A stretch of 63,395 bases of DNA, the filler included, from Octopus bimaculoides (lineage: Eukaryota), in assembly GCF_001194135.2 (NCBI RefSeq). It is 5 parts of 5 records of this genome, joined end to end, with 100 filler letters (N's around TTAATTAATTAA, not from the genome) between each part and the next. Parts side by side here need not be neighbours in the genome. Positions count along the whole stretch, not along the records: positions 1 to 22,574 come from NC_069001.1; positions 22,675 to 39,813 come from NC_068985.1; 3 more parts are not named here. The stretch is one strand, 5' to 3'. The notes under the pieces were generated by a model. That model made no database searches and was not told the DNA's origin. It saw only the letters and a list, made by a program, of their open reading frames with translations. Made by a program: the position numbers and the translations under genes. This document shows, piece after piece, positions 11,770 through 25,888 of this stretch; the stretch's first letter is position 1, and each line of letters opens with the position of its first letter.

Positions 11770-11972
11770 TATTTCGACACAAGGTCTGCAATTTGGGCGG
11801 GGGCGGAGGGATAGTCGATTACATCGACCCCAATATTCAACTGGGGTTGACCCCGAAAGGATGAAAGGCAAAGTCGACCTCGGTGGAATTTGAACTCAAA
11901 ACGTAAAAGAACGGACGAAATACCGCTAAGCATTTTGCCCAGCATGCTAACGATTCTACAATTCGCCGCCTT
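11770..11972 (-). mobile_element. tRNA-derived SINE
   Basis: gaccccgaaaggatgaaaggcaaagtcgacctcggtggaatttgaactc. Confidence 0.8.
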
Positions 11973-12429
11973 AAATTCTAGTTATAACACGGCTATTAAT
12001 CGCATTTGAGAATGAAAAGTTAAAAACCTAGAATACTGGACAGCTAATTAACATGAAGGTTTAATAAACCAGATCTAAGGAAGATAATATAGATAAAATA
12101 TATAGGAATAGAAAGACTTGAGAATTTATTAAAACTCTCTACATTCAGTTGCAAAGCAAATTGAACAAAGAAAATTGGTAAAGAGTATCAAGGAAAGCTT
12201 TCAAAACATTAAAATGGAAAACTGACTTTCAAAGATGAGAGAGAAAGAATTGTTCTTGGAGTAAATTAAGAATGACAAATGTGTGTATGTGTGTTGATGA
12301 AACTGAGCAACAAGAACAAAAAGTTTACAAGTGCAAGTACACATATACAGACATACACGCAAGTTATTCATGAATGATTTAAAACTATTTGCGAATGATG
12401 ACGACAAAAATGACAGAAAATTAGGAGTT

Positions 12430-13075
12430 TAGAATTAAAAAAATATAGCGTTCTAACCCTGAAACATGGCAAACTAGCAAAGGGCAGAGTGACTGAGCTT
12501 GTGAATGGCCAGACTATTAAAGAAGTAGAGGAGGAAGTATACAAACGTTTGGAAGTCTTTGAGTTGGATAAAATTAAAGAGAAAGAAATGAAGATATAAA
12601 AAGAATATCTCAAGCGGATGAGACTTGTAACGTCGTCTTATTGAAAGGAATAAGATCAAGGCAAGGAATACATGGGCCGTAAAGAATTGGAAAGTATTGA
12701 CTGAAAAACTAGGAAATACATGACAGTGCATAGAGAACTCCATCTAAGGAGTGATGTTGGAGGACTTTATGTTGAAAGAAAGAAAGGAGGTAGAGAAGTA
12801 TTAAATTTGAAAAACTGTGTCAAAACGAAGAAAACAACTTAGTTAGGCACCTTAAAATGAAAAGGGTAACAATATGTCAAAAGTAAGAGGATTCAACACA
12901 TTGAAATGTTAGAGAATGACAAATCTAAGCTTTCGTGGGACTTCACTATTCAATGTGATAAAATGATTGAAGCAAGGAGGCCAGACATTGTAGTTATCTA
13001 CAGGAAAGAAAAAGAGGTCCAAATTATCGATATCTCTATCTCAGGACATGGTGGAGTGAAAGATTATTGAAGAGA
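12430..13075 (+). mobile_element. R4/Dong-like LINE remnant
   Basis: GQTIKEVEEEVYK.L...ELDKIKEKEMK; LHLRSDVGGLYVERKKGGR; KLSWDFTIQCDKMIEARRPDIVVI...IIDISI. Confidence 0.8.
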
Positions 13076-14088
13076 AATGGTACTACTCATGATCTTTTGT
13101 GGGGCTTCTGTAACTTGTGTAAGGAAGGTATTTTTAAACTAGAGCCCTCGCTCGAATGCTTGCAATAGACTGGACTCCGCCATAGGTACGCAAGGTGCTA
13201 GGCGAGGAGGGTGTTAAATCGGGTGATGGAGTAAGTTTTCACCCAAGTAAGTTACGGTGTGAAATGAACTGAAAACGCTAAGAGACAGATTAAGCACCAC
13301 AAGGAAATTATTTTGTCTGACGTTCTCCTGATTCCGTCGGTGCATCGCTCAGTTGTACTTTATTTATAAATTTCAGAGAGAAAGATGAAAGGATAAGTTG
13401 ACTTCACCATAAGAAGCCAGATCATATTCCACGAGGCAATTCGTTCGATGTTGTAACACATTTGATAACCGGAAAGAAATTTTATCTTTGAAGGATTAAA
13501 AAAATTATCCCTTATCTGACGAGAATTAATCAACAAAATAAATTTGATTTATGCAATGGAAGTAGCTCTCTGATAAAAAAACTCTATCAATACAACTCAC
13601 TTATCATATGTGTGGCTTTGAAACACCAGGAGCTGTAATTTTCATCCAGGAAAAATTCATTTTAAAGACGAATTGTTTTAACACAATACGTCTATACAAA
13701 TGTACATTTAGTATGTTATATTGATAGAATCGACAAAATAATATCAACTAATTAACTGCTGATATTTTGGTATAGAACAAACTGGGCCAACGGAAATTAC
13801 ACAGCTTATAGATTCTTAAATTTCTTTTATGAAAATAAATTTATTGCTTTTTATAACATTGATTCACAGAGGTTCAAGATATCGATAAAGGCTTCGATTT
13901 GGTTCCGTAGTTGCTTAAAACGTAACTCCAACGAATGTATGTAAGAATAAACAGAATAATTCTTATAGGATTCGACATAACAAAAGTCAACAGGTTCTTC
14001 AGACAAATTTTTTAGAGATTCTTCAGGCAGACAAGAGCTAACAGTTACTTGAGACTCTACTCCAACCACATATCAGTTTCACAGTGAT

Positions 14089-14134
<46 letters not shown>

Positions 14135-15503
14135 TTATTTATTTATCTATTAATTTATTTCGAACTGCTACTTTTCGTGTTTAATATGGCTTTCTTACAG
14201 ACACACAATGCCACATATTTCAATTATATTAGCCTCAGTACATGTCTGGTACTTTATGTTAACCACCAACTCCGCTGCCTAAAGGAAGACAAGATAACAA
14301 TAAGAAAATGCTACACAATATTTAGAGTAGCGCTCCACCGATTCTATCGATTCACTGCCATTATAAATGTCTTAGACGACTGATTAAAAGAAAAATAACA
14401 ACATATTTTGGTCTGTTTCCTCTACGAATCTAACTTCCATTATTATTATCGATACATAGGTAGATGTCGGAGGAAATATCGAAGAAAAGAAAAATAGAGC
14501 TGCGTGTTGGAAAAACATGGTGGCGAAGGAAAAGATAAAAGAGAAGACCGAAACAAGAAAATAGAAAAAAAAAGAAGAAAAACGTGATAAAAACAAAGAA
14601 AAATTGTGTCTCGCATTAATTGTGAATATGTTTTAATTAGAAGAAATGATAACACGTAAAAAGGAAAATATTTAAATGAAACAAGAAAAATAAATAAATA
14701 AAACGTAGCAAAGTTTTATTGAGATGTGCAAAGAAAAACATATGTATGTACGTATGTATATGTGTATGTATGCGTATATTTGTGCGTATGTATATGTGTA
14801 TGTATGCGTGTATTTGTGTGTATGTATATGTATATATATATATATATATGTATGTGAATGTGTGTATGTATGCATATATATATATATATATATATACATA
14901 TATATATAAAACACTATATTTGTATATATATGCATGCATATATATGCATATATATACATATATGTTTGTGTGGTAGTGTATGTGTATGAATATGCACACA
15001 CCCCACTCACGTGCACCCTCGTACCCACCTGCATTCACACAAGCACAAACACTTTCACAAATACCTACACACTCATACTTACACACACATACTCACACAC
15101 ACATATATACAGTACACATACAATACATACCCACACACTTACTCCTACATACATTTACAGATACACAAACATACGTGTGCACGCATCCACGACACACAAG
15201 CACACATATACACATCTCCCTCTCCGCTCTAAAAAACGCTATGAATTAAATATGAAAGTTAATATATTCATTTATACTATTGATGTGGAAAGAAGGGAGT
15301 CCTTGACGGACCGTTTCAAAGTTTGTAGACTGAACCTCAGAGCAGACGCACGCTGTTTCTTTCCACTTATCCTTAATACCATATATCAACAGGTCAGAAA
15401 GAAAGGGTTTACATTCGTCACACGCAGGGAGGCTTTGTGATGTTTATATGTTTTAGTTCTGATTTATGCCCCGTTGTGCATTATCTATCTATCTATCTAT
15501 CTG

Positions 15504-15558
<55 letters not shown>

Positions 15559-15575
15559 GTGTGCGTGTGTGTAAT

Positions 15576-15650
<75 letters not shown>

Positions 15651-15869
15651 ACACAGGATGTGTGTGTCTGTGAGATCCTCCCAACCGATTTTAATGAAAT
15701 TTTACACCTGCATTACATAGAATTTTCAACATGTTTGATAATTGTTAAAAGTGTATAAATTCTGAGTTTTGTTTATAATTTTATTTCCATTCCTGTTGGA
15801 TCCCTTTTATATGTCCATGACAGTGTTTTTGCAATTTGGCAGCAATCATTTCCTTTACCTCCATCCCCA

Positions 15870-16133
15870 AGATGGAACAATCGTTTAGCTGAGCTTAAAG
15901 AACGCATTCAGTTAGCAGTGCAGGAACTAACTCCTGAAATGCTTCAAAATGTGTTTCACAATGTTAAGGAGAGATTTGAAGTATGCAGGGGTACAAACAT
16001 GTTGAACATTTTAATAAAAGTTTAACGTAAGATTTAATTGTCTATTTGTTTTGGTAATAAACATTAAATTCTGTCAGTTTTTTAAAAATTTGTTCAATTT
16101 CAAGAAACAGACAGTTAAGTCTGGAACAGCCTG
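15870..16133 (+). mobile_element. Tc1/mariner (rosa/maT-like) 3' remnant
   Basis: LAELKERIQLAVQELTPEMLQNVFHNVKERFEVCRGT..HVEHF; terminal ...cagcctg|ta. Confidence 0.65.
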
Positions 16134-16269
16134 TATGGTGTAGCGTTGTTAGTTGTTGCGTTGCTCGAGTAAATATTAAAATCAAAGATCTTCTCGACGT
16201 AGACATCCAATCTTTTTGTTAAGGAGATTGTATCAAGGAGTATATTATTCAAAATGTATCTCTCCTTTA

Positions 16270-16390
16270 TAGGCGTGGCTGTGTGGTTGAGAAGCTTGCT
16301 TTCCAATTATGTCGTCTTGGGTTCAGCCCCACTGTGCGTCACCTTGGGCAATTCTCTTTTGTTACAGCTCCGTACTGACCAAAGCTTTGT
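16270..16390 (+). mobile_element. tRNA-derived SINE head
   Basis: ggcgtggctgtgtggtt.agaagcttgct...ggttcag.cccactgtgcg.caccttgggca...ccaaagctttgtg. Confidence 0.7.
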
Positions 16391-17781
16391 GTATTATATA
16401 ATTGCCATTACTGTATTGATATAACACATACAACTCACTTATTATTGTCATATAATATACAAACAGAAGTTCATGTATGAAATTGATGTTTTTCTACTTT
16501 AATTATTACATGTTTTTCTCTTATAAGATACACACATACAGGAGGAGCAAATCTCTGTATATATATAATAACACTTTGAATGTGGCTCCCGAGAAAGAGT
16601 AAAAGTAATTACCCGACCAACGACGGTAGTACTGCTAATATAAATGCATATATATATATATATATATATAAAATATATAGTTTTAGGGAATATATTATAT
16701 TATATTATATTATATTATATTTATCTTATGATATTTACTTTACTTAATATTATACTCATTTATTGTGCTTTTAATTATTAATTTTTCTATATGTGATAGT
16801 GGATTTTCATCGATGAGTTCTTGAAACTTGGTTATTTTCCCTAAAACTATATATTTTATATATATTTTATCTATAAAGCTCAATTTAATTTTAATTTTTT
16901 ATAAATTGATTTTAATTGAGTTTTTACCTGTAATTTTGGATTTTGTCNNNNNNNNNNNNNNNNNNNNNNNNNNNNNNNNNNNNNNNNNNNNNNNNNNNNN
17001 NNNNNNNNNNNNNNNNNNNNNNNNNNNNNNNNNNNNNNNNNNNNNNNNNNNNNNNNNNNNNNNNNNNNNNNNNNNNNNNNNNNNNNNNNNNNNNNNNNNN
17101 NNNNNNNNNNNNNNNNNNNNNNNNNNNNNNNNNNNNNNNNNNNNNNNNNNNNNNNNNNNNNNNNNNACACACATACACACACACGAAGCGCTTCCACACG
17201 CATTTCCATTTCCAAGCTAAAGCATTGGTTAAACTCGAGGCTATAAAGACATTTGCAAGACAAAGTTGATATAGAATCACGTGATTACAGTCTAGCAACC
17301 ATGTTTTACTTTGGGTCTCCTCCTTATAAAACTCTGCCTCCACTAACTTCCATACCATTCTTTGAGTTCATATTAAAAATATATTATTTTTCAGGTTCAT
17401 TTTTACTTTCTCTCACTCTGAAAATATAATTAAATTCAAAATTTATTGTAGATTAAACTCGTAGTGAGCTCTGATTAGTGTTTGTATGTTGTTTTTAGAT
17501 TTTTAAGCAATGGAATTCGATTCAGCTACACACATCTAAGAGTGTATGAGTACATGAAATATCACAGTCGCACACAATCACATGCATACACACACACTCA
17601 CACACTCACACACACCATACACACAGAAGCATACATGCATATATATACATACATACATATACATAGCAGATTCGTATGTGAATGTGTGTATATGTATATT
17701 ATATTGTGTATACATATCATAGTGTGTTGAATATGACTTATGAATAATGTATGTTATGTGATTATGTACGTGCGTGTGTCT

Positions 17782-17846
<65 letters not shown>

Positions 17847-18508
17847 CATAATACTTATAAACGTACATATATACGTGTATATATGTACACACACACCCAT
17901 ATATANNNNNNNNNNNNNNNNNNNNNNNNNNNNNNNNNNNNNNNNNNNNNNNNNNNNNNNNNNNNNNNNNNNNNNNNNNNNNNNNNNNNNNNNNNNNNNN
18001 NNNNNNNNNNNNNNNNNNNNNNNNNNNNNNNNNNNNNNNNNNNNNNNNNNNNNNNNTATATATATATATGCATGCATGTATGTATGTATATATGTATTTC
18101 ATAAAGTGCAAGAGAAAGACGTTGTGGAAGAGAGAGAAAAGAGGGGTAAATAACTATCTAGATAAGCATAATGTTTTGTATGTATGTATATTTATATATA
18201 TGTGTTCGTATGTGTGTATGTGTGTTTGTGTGCGCACGCATATTTTCATTCGTGTATGCCAAGCTAAAATGGTGTTGAATCTAATTACTGATCACGTGAT
18301 ATCTTCCTCTAATTATTCGTTTTATTTAATAATATTCTTATCTATGTTCCACTTAATGGATATAAACTTGATACTTACACTATACACACGTACACACTCA
18401 ATCGCACACAATCACACACACACATACATACATACATACATACATACATACATACATGTACATACATACATACATACATACATACATACATGTACATACA
18501 TACATACA

Positions 18509-18541
<33 letters not shown>

Positions 18542-19477
18542 GAATATATTGCAGTTTTTATACATTTATGTTTATAACGAAAGTAATATACACTCACTGT
18601 ATGTCGTAGAGCTTATATTGGGAATCAGTTGGTGATTCAGCTCATTCTTAGTCAGAGATTGATATTTGAAACAACCAGGTGTCATTAATCAGTCAATATA
18701 GAGATAACATAGTTGCGTCCTTCGTACAGTACTCGGTAGGACGATTCTTGTTCGTCAGGCGATTCACATTGTTAACTGAGTTTTAGGCCAAGTGTAACTG
18801 GATTACTATTGTGCAAGGGGAAAACGCCCAGCCATCTGCCACAAAATATAGAATCTGCGGATATGAATTTGTGTCCGTGAGTCTCGAGCTTTCAGGCATC
18901 TAGAAGCTATCAGGAAGAATCAGCGTCTGATGAGGACAGTTAGACAGTACATCTGATCTCTGGTCAAGAGATATCGCTGATTGTTTTAATATCTAAAACA
19001 TTTCCGTCAGACAAAGACTACAGTTTTTTTGCATCCGTTGAAGTATGGAATGATTTCATCTACGATGCTTTGTGTTATTGGGAGTACTAAATCCTTGGTT
19101 ACTGAGTTTTCAGATGAACTGGGGTAAAAGTGTAGAATTTCCTTTAAATAAGCAAAGATACTGGTGGTCACAGAGTACTTCTTGCAATTCTTTTTCAACA
19201 CTGTTTTCATGGATGTTCGACATAGAACAGTTTCGGAGACAGATTCTCTGAATGGGTAGGTATAGACACTTTGGCAGTTATAACTTGGTCGGACCTGTGT
19301 GTTCGTGTGGTGTGTATGTGGGGGGATGAGTGTGTGTATAGGGGTTGTATGTATGTGTGTGCCTTACGGTATAGTGTGTAATTTGGAAAGTGATATTGTA
19401 TAGGTAGGAATAAGTGATATTAAGAAAGCGTGCGCTTAAAAATTTAGTGTATACATGCATATATATACAGGTATACA

Positions 19478-19509
<32 letters not shown>

Positions 19510-19521
19510 CATATACATACA

Positions 19522-19569
<48 letters not shown>

Positions 19570-20013
19570 TGTGTGTGTGTGTGTGAGTGTATTGTATTTC
19601 AGGATGATAATTTTGTTTTCCAAATAAACACACGCGCTATATATTTTTTCTTCATTCGTTTATTACTGTTCTTATTTTATTATTTTAACTTATATCTATT
19701 TTCCGGAAATCTTCCGTCACTCATCTGTGACCTCTTCAGCGAAATCTTTCGTTTTTGTGTGTGTTCTTGCTCCACTTACTCTATTTTGTTCTTCTAAGGT
19801 ATGTATCCATATGTGCGTAAAGTTAGGGGTTGTGAATCCAACCCACTAAGGGATAATATCTATCCAGGATGTCCATTTTTAATTACTGATATGACATAAT
19901 ATGTCGCATGTGTTTGTATATTGTAATTACTGTCCTTTTAGTAAACAAATAAACAGGTAAATTGACACAATGCAATGTCTGCAGTTGATGAATACCACCT
20001 TTTNNNNNNNNNN

Positions 20014-20328
20014 GGATCAAGAGGTGGTATTCATCAACTTTTAGACATTATATTATGTCTATTTATTTAAAAAACAAACAATTATAACAATATACATACA
20101 TGTATAACATATTATGATTTACATATATAAAAATACCAGTAACATAGAAAGCAGAATATTCTACTTTCTATGTTCTACGTTATATATTTTAATAATTATT
20201 GGTATTTTTATATATGTAAAGCATAATATGTCATACATGTATGTATATTGTTATAATAGTTTTTATAAAAAATAAATAAATAGACATAATATAATGTCTA
20301 AAAGTTGATGAATACCACCTATTGATCC
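20014..20328. mobile_element. MITE-like foldback palindrome
   Basis: ggatcaagaggtggtattcatcaacttttagacattatattatgtctattt... is mirrored by ...aaatagacataatataatgtctaaaagttgatgaataccacctattgatcc; symmetry continues to a centre near 20158. Left flank is in a gap, so no TSD can be read. Confidence 0.7.
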
Positions 20329-20508
20329 CCTCCATTTTCTTATTGCTGTATAAATTAAGAGTAAAACAACTTTTACCCTCACCGATTTATTACATGCAAT
20401 AGTGTAATTGCCATGCAATGAAAAAAACACTTGTGGGTATTCTACCAGCAGTATATTGGATAGATAGTATCCCTTAGTTGGTTGGATTCACAACCTCTAA
20501 CTCTCTTG

Positions 20509-20549
<41 letters not shown>

Positions 20550-20558
20550 CACGCATGT

Positions 20559-20638
<80 letters not shown>

Positions 20639-20696
20639 AAAAAAGGCATATCATCTACAAGCAGCCCATCTATTTTGGAGTATCGTGGTATGTACT

Positions 20697-21050
20697 AGTG
20701 AAAGTGCACGGCTCAATGGTTAGAGCGTCGGGCTTATAATCGTGCGGTTGTCAGTTCGATTCTCGGACTGGGTTGTGTGTTGTGTTCTTGAGCAAGATAC
20801 TTCCTCTCCCGTTGCTGCAGTTGACTCAGCTGTAGAAATGAGTTGCGACCTCACTAGTGCCAAGCTGTATCAGTCTTTGCCATACCCTTGGACAACATTG
20901 GTGGCGTGGAGAGAGGAGGCTGGTATGGAGATGGCGATAGCTGGTCTTCCACCAAACAGCCTTGCCCGGACTTGTACCTCGGAGGGTAACTTTCCAGGTG
21001 CATTCCCGTGGTCATTCGTGCTGAAGGGATTCTTTACCCTTTACTCTGGT
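20697..21050 (+). mobile_element. tRNA-derived SINE (third type)
   Basis: A box tggttagagc, B box gttcgattc, then gtgttcttgagcaagatact...gttgactcagctgta.aaatgagt. Confidence 0.7.
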
Positions 21051-21485
21051 ATGTGCTACACATATATCTTACTTTAATTTAAACGGTTAAATGAATAGAG
21101 TTTCATTTGGATGCTACAGGAATTTGTGGTATGGCCGACTACACTTTTGTCTAGTGTGGTGCATAGTGGGATAGTGAAATATTTTTGTGGTGTGTTTAAC
21201 CGTGATGCACTGGTTCAAATATTTCTTGGTATCAAACAGGCATTATATATTGCATTAAATTAGACCATGGGTCTCCAAACTATTTTCATAGCGGGCCTGA
21301 TAACTGAGAGAATGACCTGCGCGGGCCGCAAAACCATTTCGGAAATTCTTCTAATTACTAGACGAAATTACCAAAAATTTCTATTACAGATGCTTCCTTT
21401 TCACATTTTGCTCCTTCCATCTGGCACTGAATCGAGGCAGTAATATGGTCACTTTCGCTATTTTATTACACAGTCCCGGTTATTG

Positions 21486-21523
<38 letters not shown>

Positions 21524-21864
21524 GATGCAGTTGTTTCTGTTGATTTATTGATGTTAGATTATATAATTTTGGAGTTAATTTTACAGTGGTTGGTTTTCAA
21601 GTCACGCATCTCGCCTTCTTTCTCTCTCCTCTATTCATCCATTATCGATATATACAAATATATATACATACATGCATACATACATAGACACATGCATACA
21701 TACACATATGACTGTAGATATTATATTTACATATATACATAAGTATATGTACGTATACATTTATGTATATAGGTTGATGTATAAGTATATCTATGTATAT
21801 ATGTGTATATATGCGTGTGTAGTGTATATAGACAGATACGTATGTGTCGATATATGTGTATGTA

Positions 21865-21964
<100 letters not shown>

Positions 21965-21965
21965 A

Positions 21966-21998
<33 letters not shown>

Positions 21999-22394
21999 TG
22001 TATGTATGTATATATGCGTGTGTGTATGAATGTGAGCATATATTCACACACGCACGCACACATGTTTTGCACAGTGGCATCTTCATGTCATGTCGACAGG
22101 AAATCATAATAATTTCAACATCCTTCCAGCTGTTTCGAGCATCGTTGTTATTCTCAAGGAATGTCTCGGTTGCTTTGACCCACACAGCACGTATCCTCGT
22201 GTCATCATCCAAGGAATCGTCATAAATATATTGTGAGTATCTACAAGCAGTCCAAATTGACAGCGTTTCACTACTCGATGACTTTGCTCTCAAGTTGGGC
22301 CTTTCTTATGTAGACGAAACTAGTAATGTTGATCTTTGCTCTTTACTATAGAAGATCCGGTGTTCTTTCCACGTTATTTTTAAAACAAAACCAA

Positions 22395-22450
<56 letters not shown>

Positions 22451-22704
22451 ATATATTTGATAAATAAATTCAAAAAGGGATAAAACTCTTTTACAAGAAT
22501 TTTATCAAGAAGCCAGTGTGTAAAAAAATTCATAAGGGGAATTTTCTATTCCCAAGAATATAATTATTCGTTTANNNNNNNNNNNNNNNNNNNNNNNNNN
22601 NNNNNNNNNNNNNNNNNNTTAATTAATTAANNNNNNNNNNNNNNNNNNNNNNNNNNNNNNNNNNNNNNNNNNNNATATATACATATGTATTATTTCTTTA
22701 CTAC

Positions 22705-22915
22705 CCACAAGGGGCTACACACAGAGGGGACAAACAAGGACAGACAAACGGATTAAGTCGATTATACCAACCCCAGTGCGTAACTGGTACTTATTTAATC
22801 GACCCCGAAAGGATGAAAGGCAAAGTCGACTTCGGCGGAATTTGAACTCAGAACGTAGCGGCAGACGAAATACCGCTAAGCATTTCGCCCAGCGTGCTAA
22901 CGTTTCTGCCAGCTT
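22705..22915 (-). mobile_element. tRNA-derived SINE
   Basis: tcgaccccgaaaggatgaaaggcaaagtcgac..cggcggaatttgaactcagaacg. Confidence 0.8.
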
Positions 22916-22964
22916 GCATGTATGTATGTATATATGTATGCATGTGCATATGTTTGTGTTTGTC

Positions 22965-23155
22965 CCGACCCCAATCATCACTTGATAACCGATGTTGGTG
23001 TGTTTACGTCCCCGTAACTTAGTGGTTCGGCAAAAGAGACCGATAAAATAAGTACTAGGCTTACAAAGAATAGGTCATGGGGTCGATTTATTCGACTAAA
23101 GGTGATGCTCCAGCATGGCCGCAATCAAATGACTGAAACAAGTAAAAGAATAAAA
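22965..23155 (+). mobile_element. SINE 3' body and tail
   Basis: gtgtttacgtccccgtaactta..ggttcggcaaaag.gaccgata.aataagtacta...gctccagcatggccgca.tcaaatgactgaaacaagtaaaag. Confidence 0.8.
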
Positions 23156-24370
23156 GAATGGTATAAAATATTTTCCAGGTAATTGTGCTTTACATTTATA
23201 AATATCTCAACTGTTTATAATGAGAAAAAAGTCTTTAAAAACACTGAGATATTTTTGAGTCTTAAAAAGTACTTGAGATACCTGTGAAGCAAAGTTTAAT
23301 TACAGGAAGCGAAGATTCCCAGGTTTATTTAAATATTTACATTTCACACAGCAGTGGAAAAGGTGTCAGAAATAAATGAATGAATAGATAATTGCTGAAA
23401 CATTAATTACTTGCTAATGAGTAGTTCGTCTGAGAAACATAATCTTGTGTTTTGCTTTGTTTTTATTTATCTTTTCTTTTTTAATCAATGCAGCAAAGAA
23501 TGCTCTCGCGGTTTCTGAACAACGAATATAAAGAGGAAGGCAATCTAAATGTTTTACTCATTGTCTTTAATAAAGCTAAACAAATATATACAACATTGAA
23601 TGAATGAAATTAAAGTGTAGAACTTCTTTACGTAGAAGTAGTAGAGATTGTTTATTTTGAATTTCTGAGTCCTTGAATAGGAGTTCTGAAATGGTAATGT
23701 GGGAAAATGACGGGGTAGCTAGTGATATAGAAAGCGACAGTAGATAACAAGCATTGTGAAAAACACTAAGTACTAATTATTCAAGCATGCTAAACTTTGT
23801 ATATTAACTTCATAGAATGTAGTTTCCGTCAGTATTAATCAAATTAGTAATTAGGTTGATTAAATAATGATCTAACTAAACTTTTTTTCTTCCAAGTAAC
23901 GCCTAAATTTAAAAACAACGAACTGAATGACGAGTTTTAAGTTCAGTTGATTAACATGTTAAACCTCAAATACATTGGCTGAAATCTGTATAAATAGAAA
24001 TGGTAGACATGGAATAAATATTGTAAGTCAGCTATTGCTGCGTTGTTTCATTGTATTAGCTATTACCGTGAAGTGCTATGGAAAAGGTAGACGAGGAATG
24101 TCTATGGAAAAGGTAGACGAGGGTATATTGTCTAAATATCAAATGTTGATAATTTAATTGGAAATCTTCGTTTTATATATTAAATTTAATATTTCATAGT
24201 TTCTGCTGAATTTCAGGATCGATAACACCAATATTAGTAACCTAGAAATATATTCTTTCAGGTCTGAAATATTCAGAATTTCTACTTGAAGTAAATGATT
24301 CAAGAGATAAAACTATCTAATTTCATATATCTGTGTTTATTAGTGTGTGTACATACATACATACATACAT

Positions 24371-24403
<33 letters not shown>

Positions 24404-25888
24404 TGCATACATGTATATGAATACACGTTATTTTCTTCCTTTCGTTTTGTGAAAATGTCCTTGACATTTCTCTATATCTGTAACCTCGAAGAAGTGGTTC
24501 TTTGGAGTTGATATTATTTCTCGCTATAGCTTCCTCAATATTTCCCCTTCCTTCGTAAACGTCGCTTTGGGAATGCAACCTTATATATTTTTAGACTTTT
24601 CTTTCTAAGTCAATTATTTTGGTTTTCCTTTGATTCCAGTATAACATTGCAGTAATGTCAACATGTGGCTCAACTAATTCTACTGCACTTGTTACATTTT
24701 CTTGATTAGTTTCGCTCTGTGCTAGATTTATAATTTTGCTTCCGATTCTTTCTTATTTCTTTTTACTCAGCCCTGTTAAGTTGTTGTCCTATCTTAAAAC
24801 ATTATTTATATTTTACACATATCATGTTTTGTCTTTTAACTCTGCTTTTATTTACTTTCTAGATTTTTTTTATTAAACTCCTAGCGTGAAATTAAATATC
24901 TTTTTACAGTCAGATTCTTGACACAGTTTGCCTGGATTTCATTGTTTTTATTTTATTTATTCATTGTTCATGTATTTTCGTTGTTGTTGTTATTGTTTAT
25001 TTATTTATTTATCTATTGCATATTGTGTGGTTCAGGTTGGAGCCTGCGATGGTTGTGTTCAGAACGATAACGATTTTTTGTATTTTTTATGAACCCAAAT
25101 ATTGTTCAGTTTCTATTTCTCTTTCGTCAACTAATCGTTCTAATACTTCTTAAATCATATTTGGGTTTTAAAATTTGACGGAGAGAATTTTCTATGAATG
25201 AAACCAACCACCCACCTACTGTCAACACACATGCACGAACACACTCACATGCGCGCACGCACACAGACACACACGCATATGCGCCTGCATGTGAAATATG
25301 CGAGTGAATGTTAGTTATTTGAGTAACTGAATGAGCAATGGTTAAATGTCTTGGCTACAGACAAGGCAGAATGTTGAGTCCCACAGTCTTTTTGTATCTC
25401 ATTTCTTGTTTGTCACTTTGACATAAAGCTGGCAGCAGTGAGCTACTATTGGCATTTTCGAGTATTTTGATTCTCTCCTTACCAACAAACTATGAAATAT
25501 GGGTTTTGATGATTTACTCGAGTATTTGGCAAGCAGAGTACTCTAAAGAAATACCAACAATACTCTCCATCCATCAACCAATCAATTAAACAAATAATGT
25601 AATATCAACTAGTTAATACATGATATTACACTTTCTGTAAATCCAGTATATGTAACAAGATTCTGCAGATTTGTCGCAGAGTAAAATATTATTATAAATG
25701 AATATGTATGAAATCGATTATTTAATTATGCTACGTGCGTTTTCAGTTAACAACGTCTGAATAAATCATCTGCATATTTTGTTCTATTAGGAAATATATT
25801 AATAAGCAAATGAAGAATCATTCCGTGGAATCATACGTAACAAGATTAATCGATTCCACTCATATTCATTTATCATATTTACTTATAA

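Noticed and set aside
13090-13295. Nested complementary blocks (ttgtgg/ccacaa, gtaactt/aagttac, cctcgc/gcgagg)
   Set aside because: Structured-looking, but no catalytic core or family assignment could be supported.
19007-19210. Minus-strand ORF with a faint PLE-like 'VLP......I......VVF' pattern
   Set aside because: Single weak motif with no flanking RT or endonuclease signal.
19698-19745. Minus-strand CTGAAGA-g-gtcac[agatga]gtgac-g-GAAG hammerhead-like string
   Set aside because: GAAA is mutated, the closing pair is mismatched and there is no stem I or UH; at best a dead relic.
20697-20775. tRNA-like sequence with A and B boxes
   Set aside because: No acceptor-stem pairing and it continues into a SINE body; it is a SINE head, not a tRNA gene.
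22075-22293. Possible exon (ag...gtgagt, 22075-22232) or a minus-strand Chapaev-like peptide (AVWVKATETFLENN...MKMPL)
   Set aside because: The plus-frame peptide is unrecognisable and cannot be phase-linked to other exons; the minus-frame similarity is too weak without a search.
22619-22630. TTAATTAATTAA between N runs (also at about 39858, 51422 and 58777)
   Set aside because: Identical pad inside four gaps; a scaffolding artefact, not biology.
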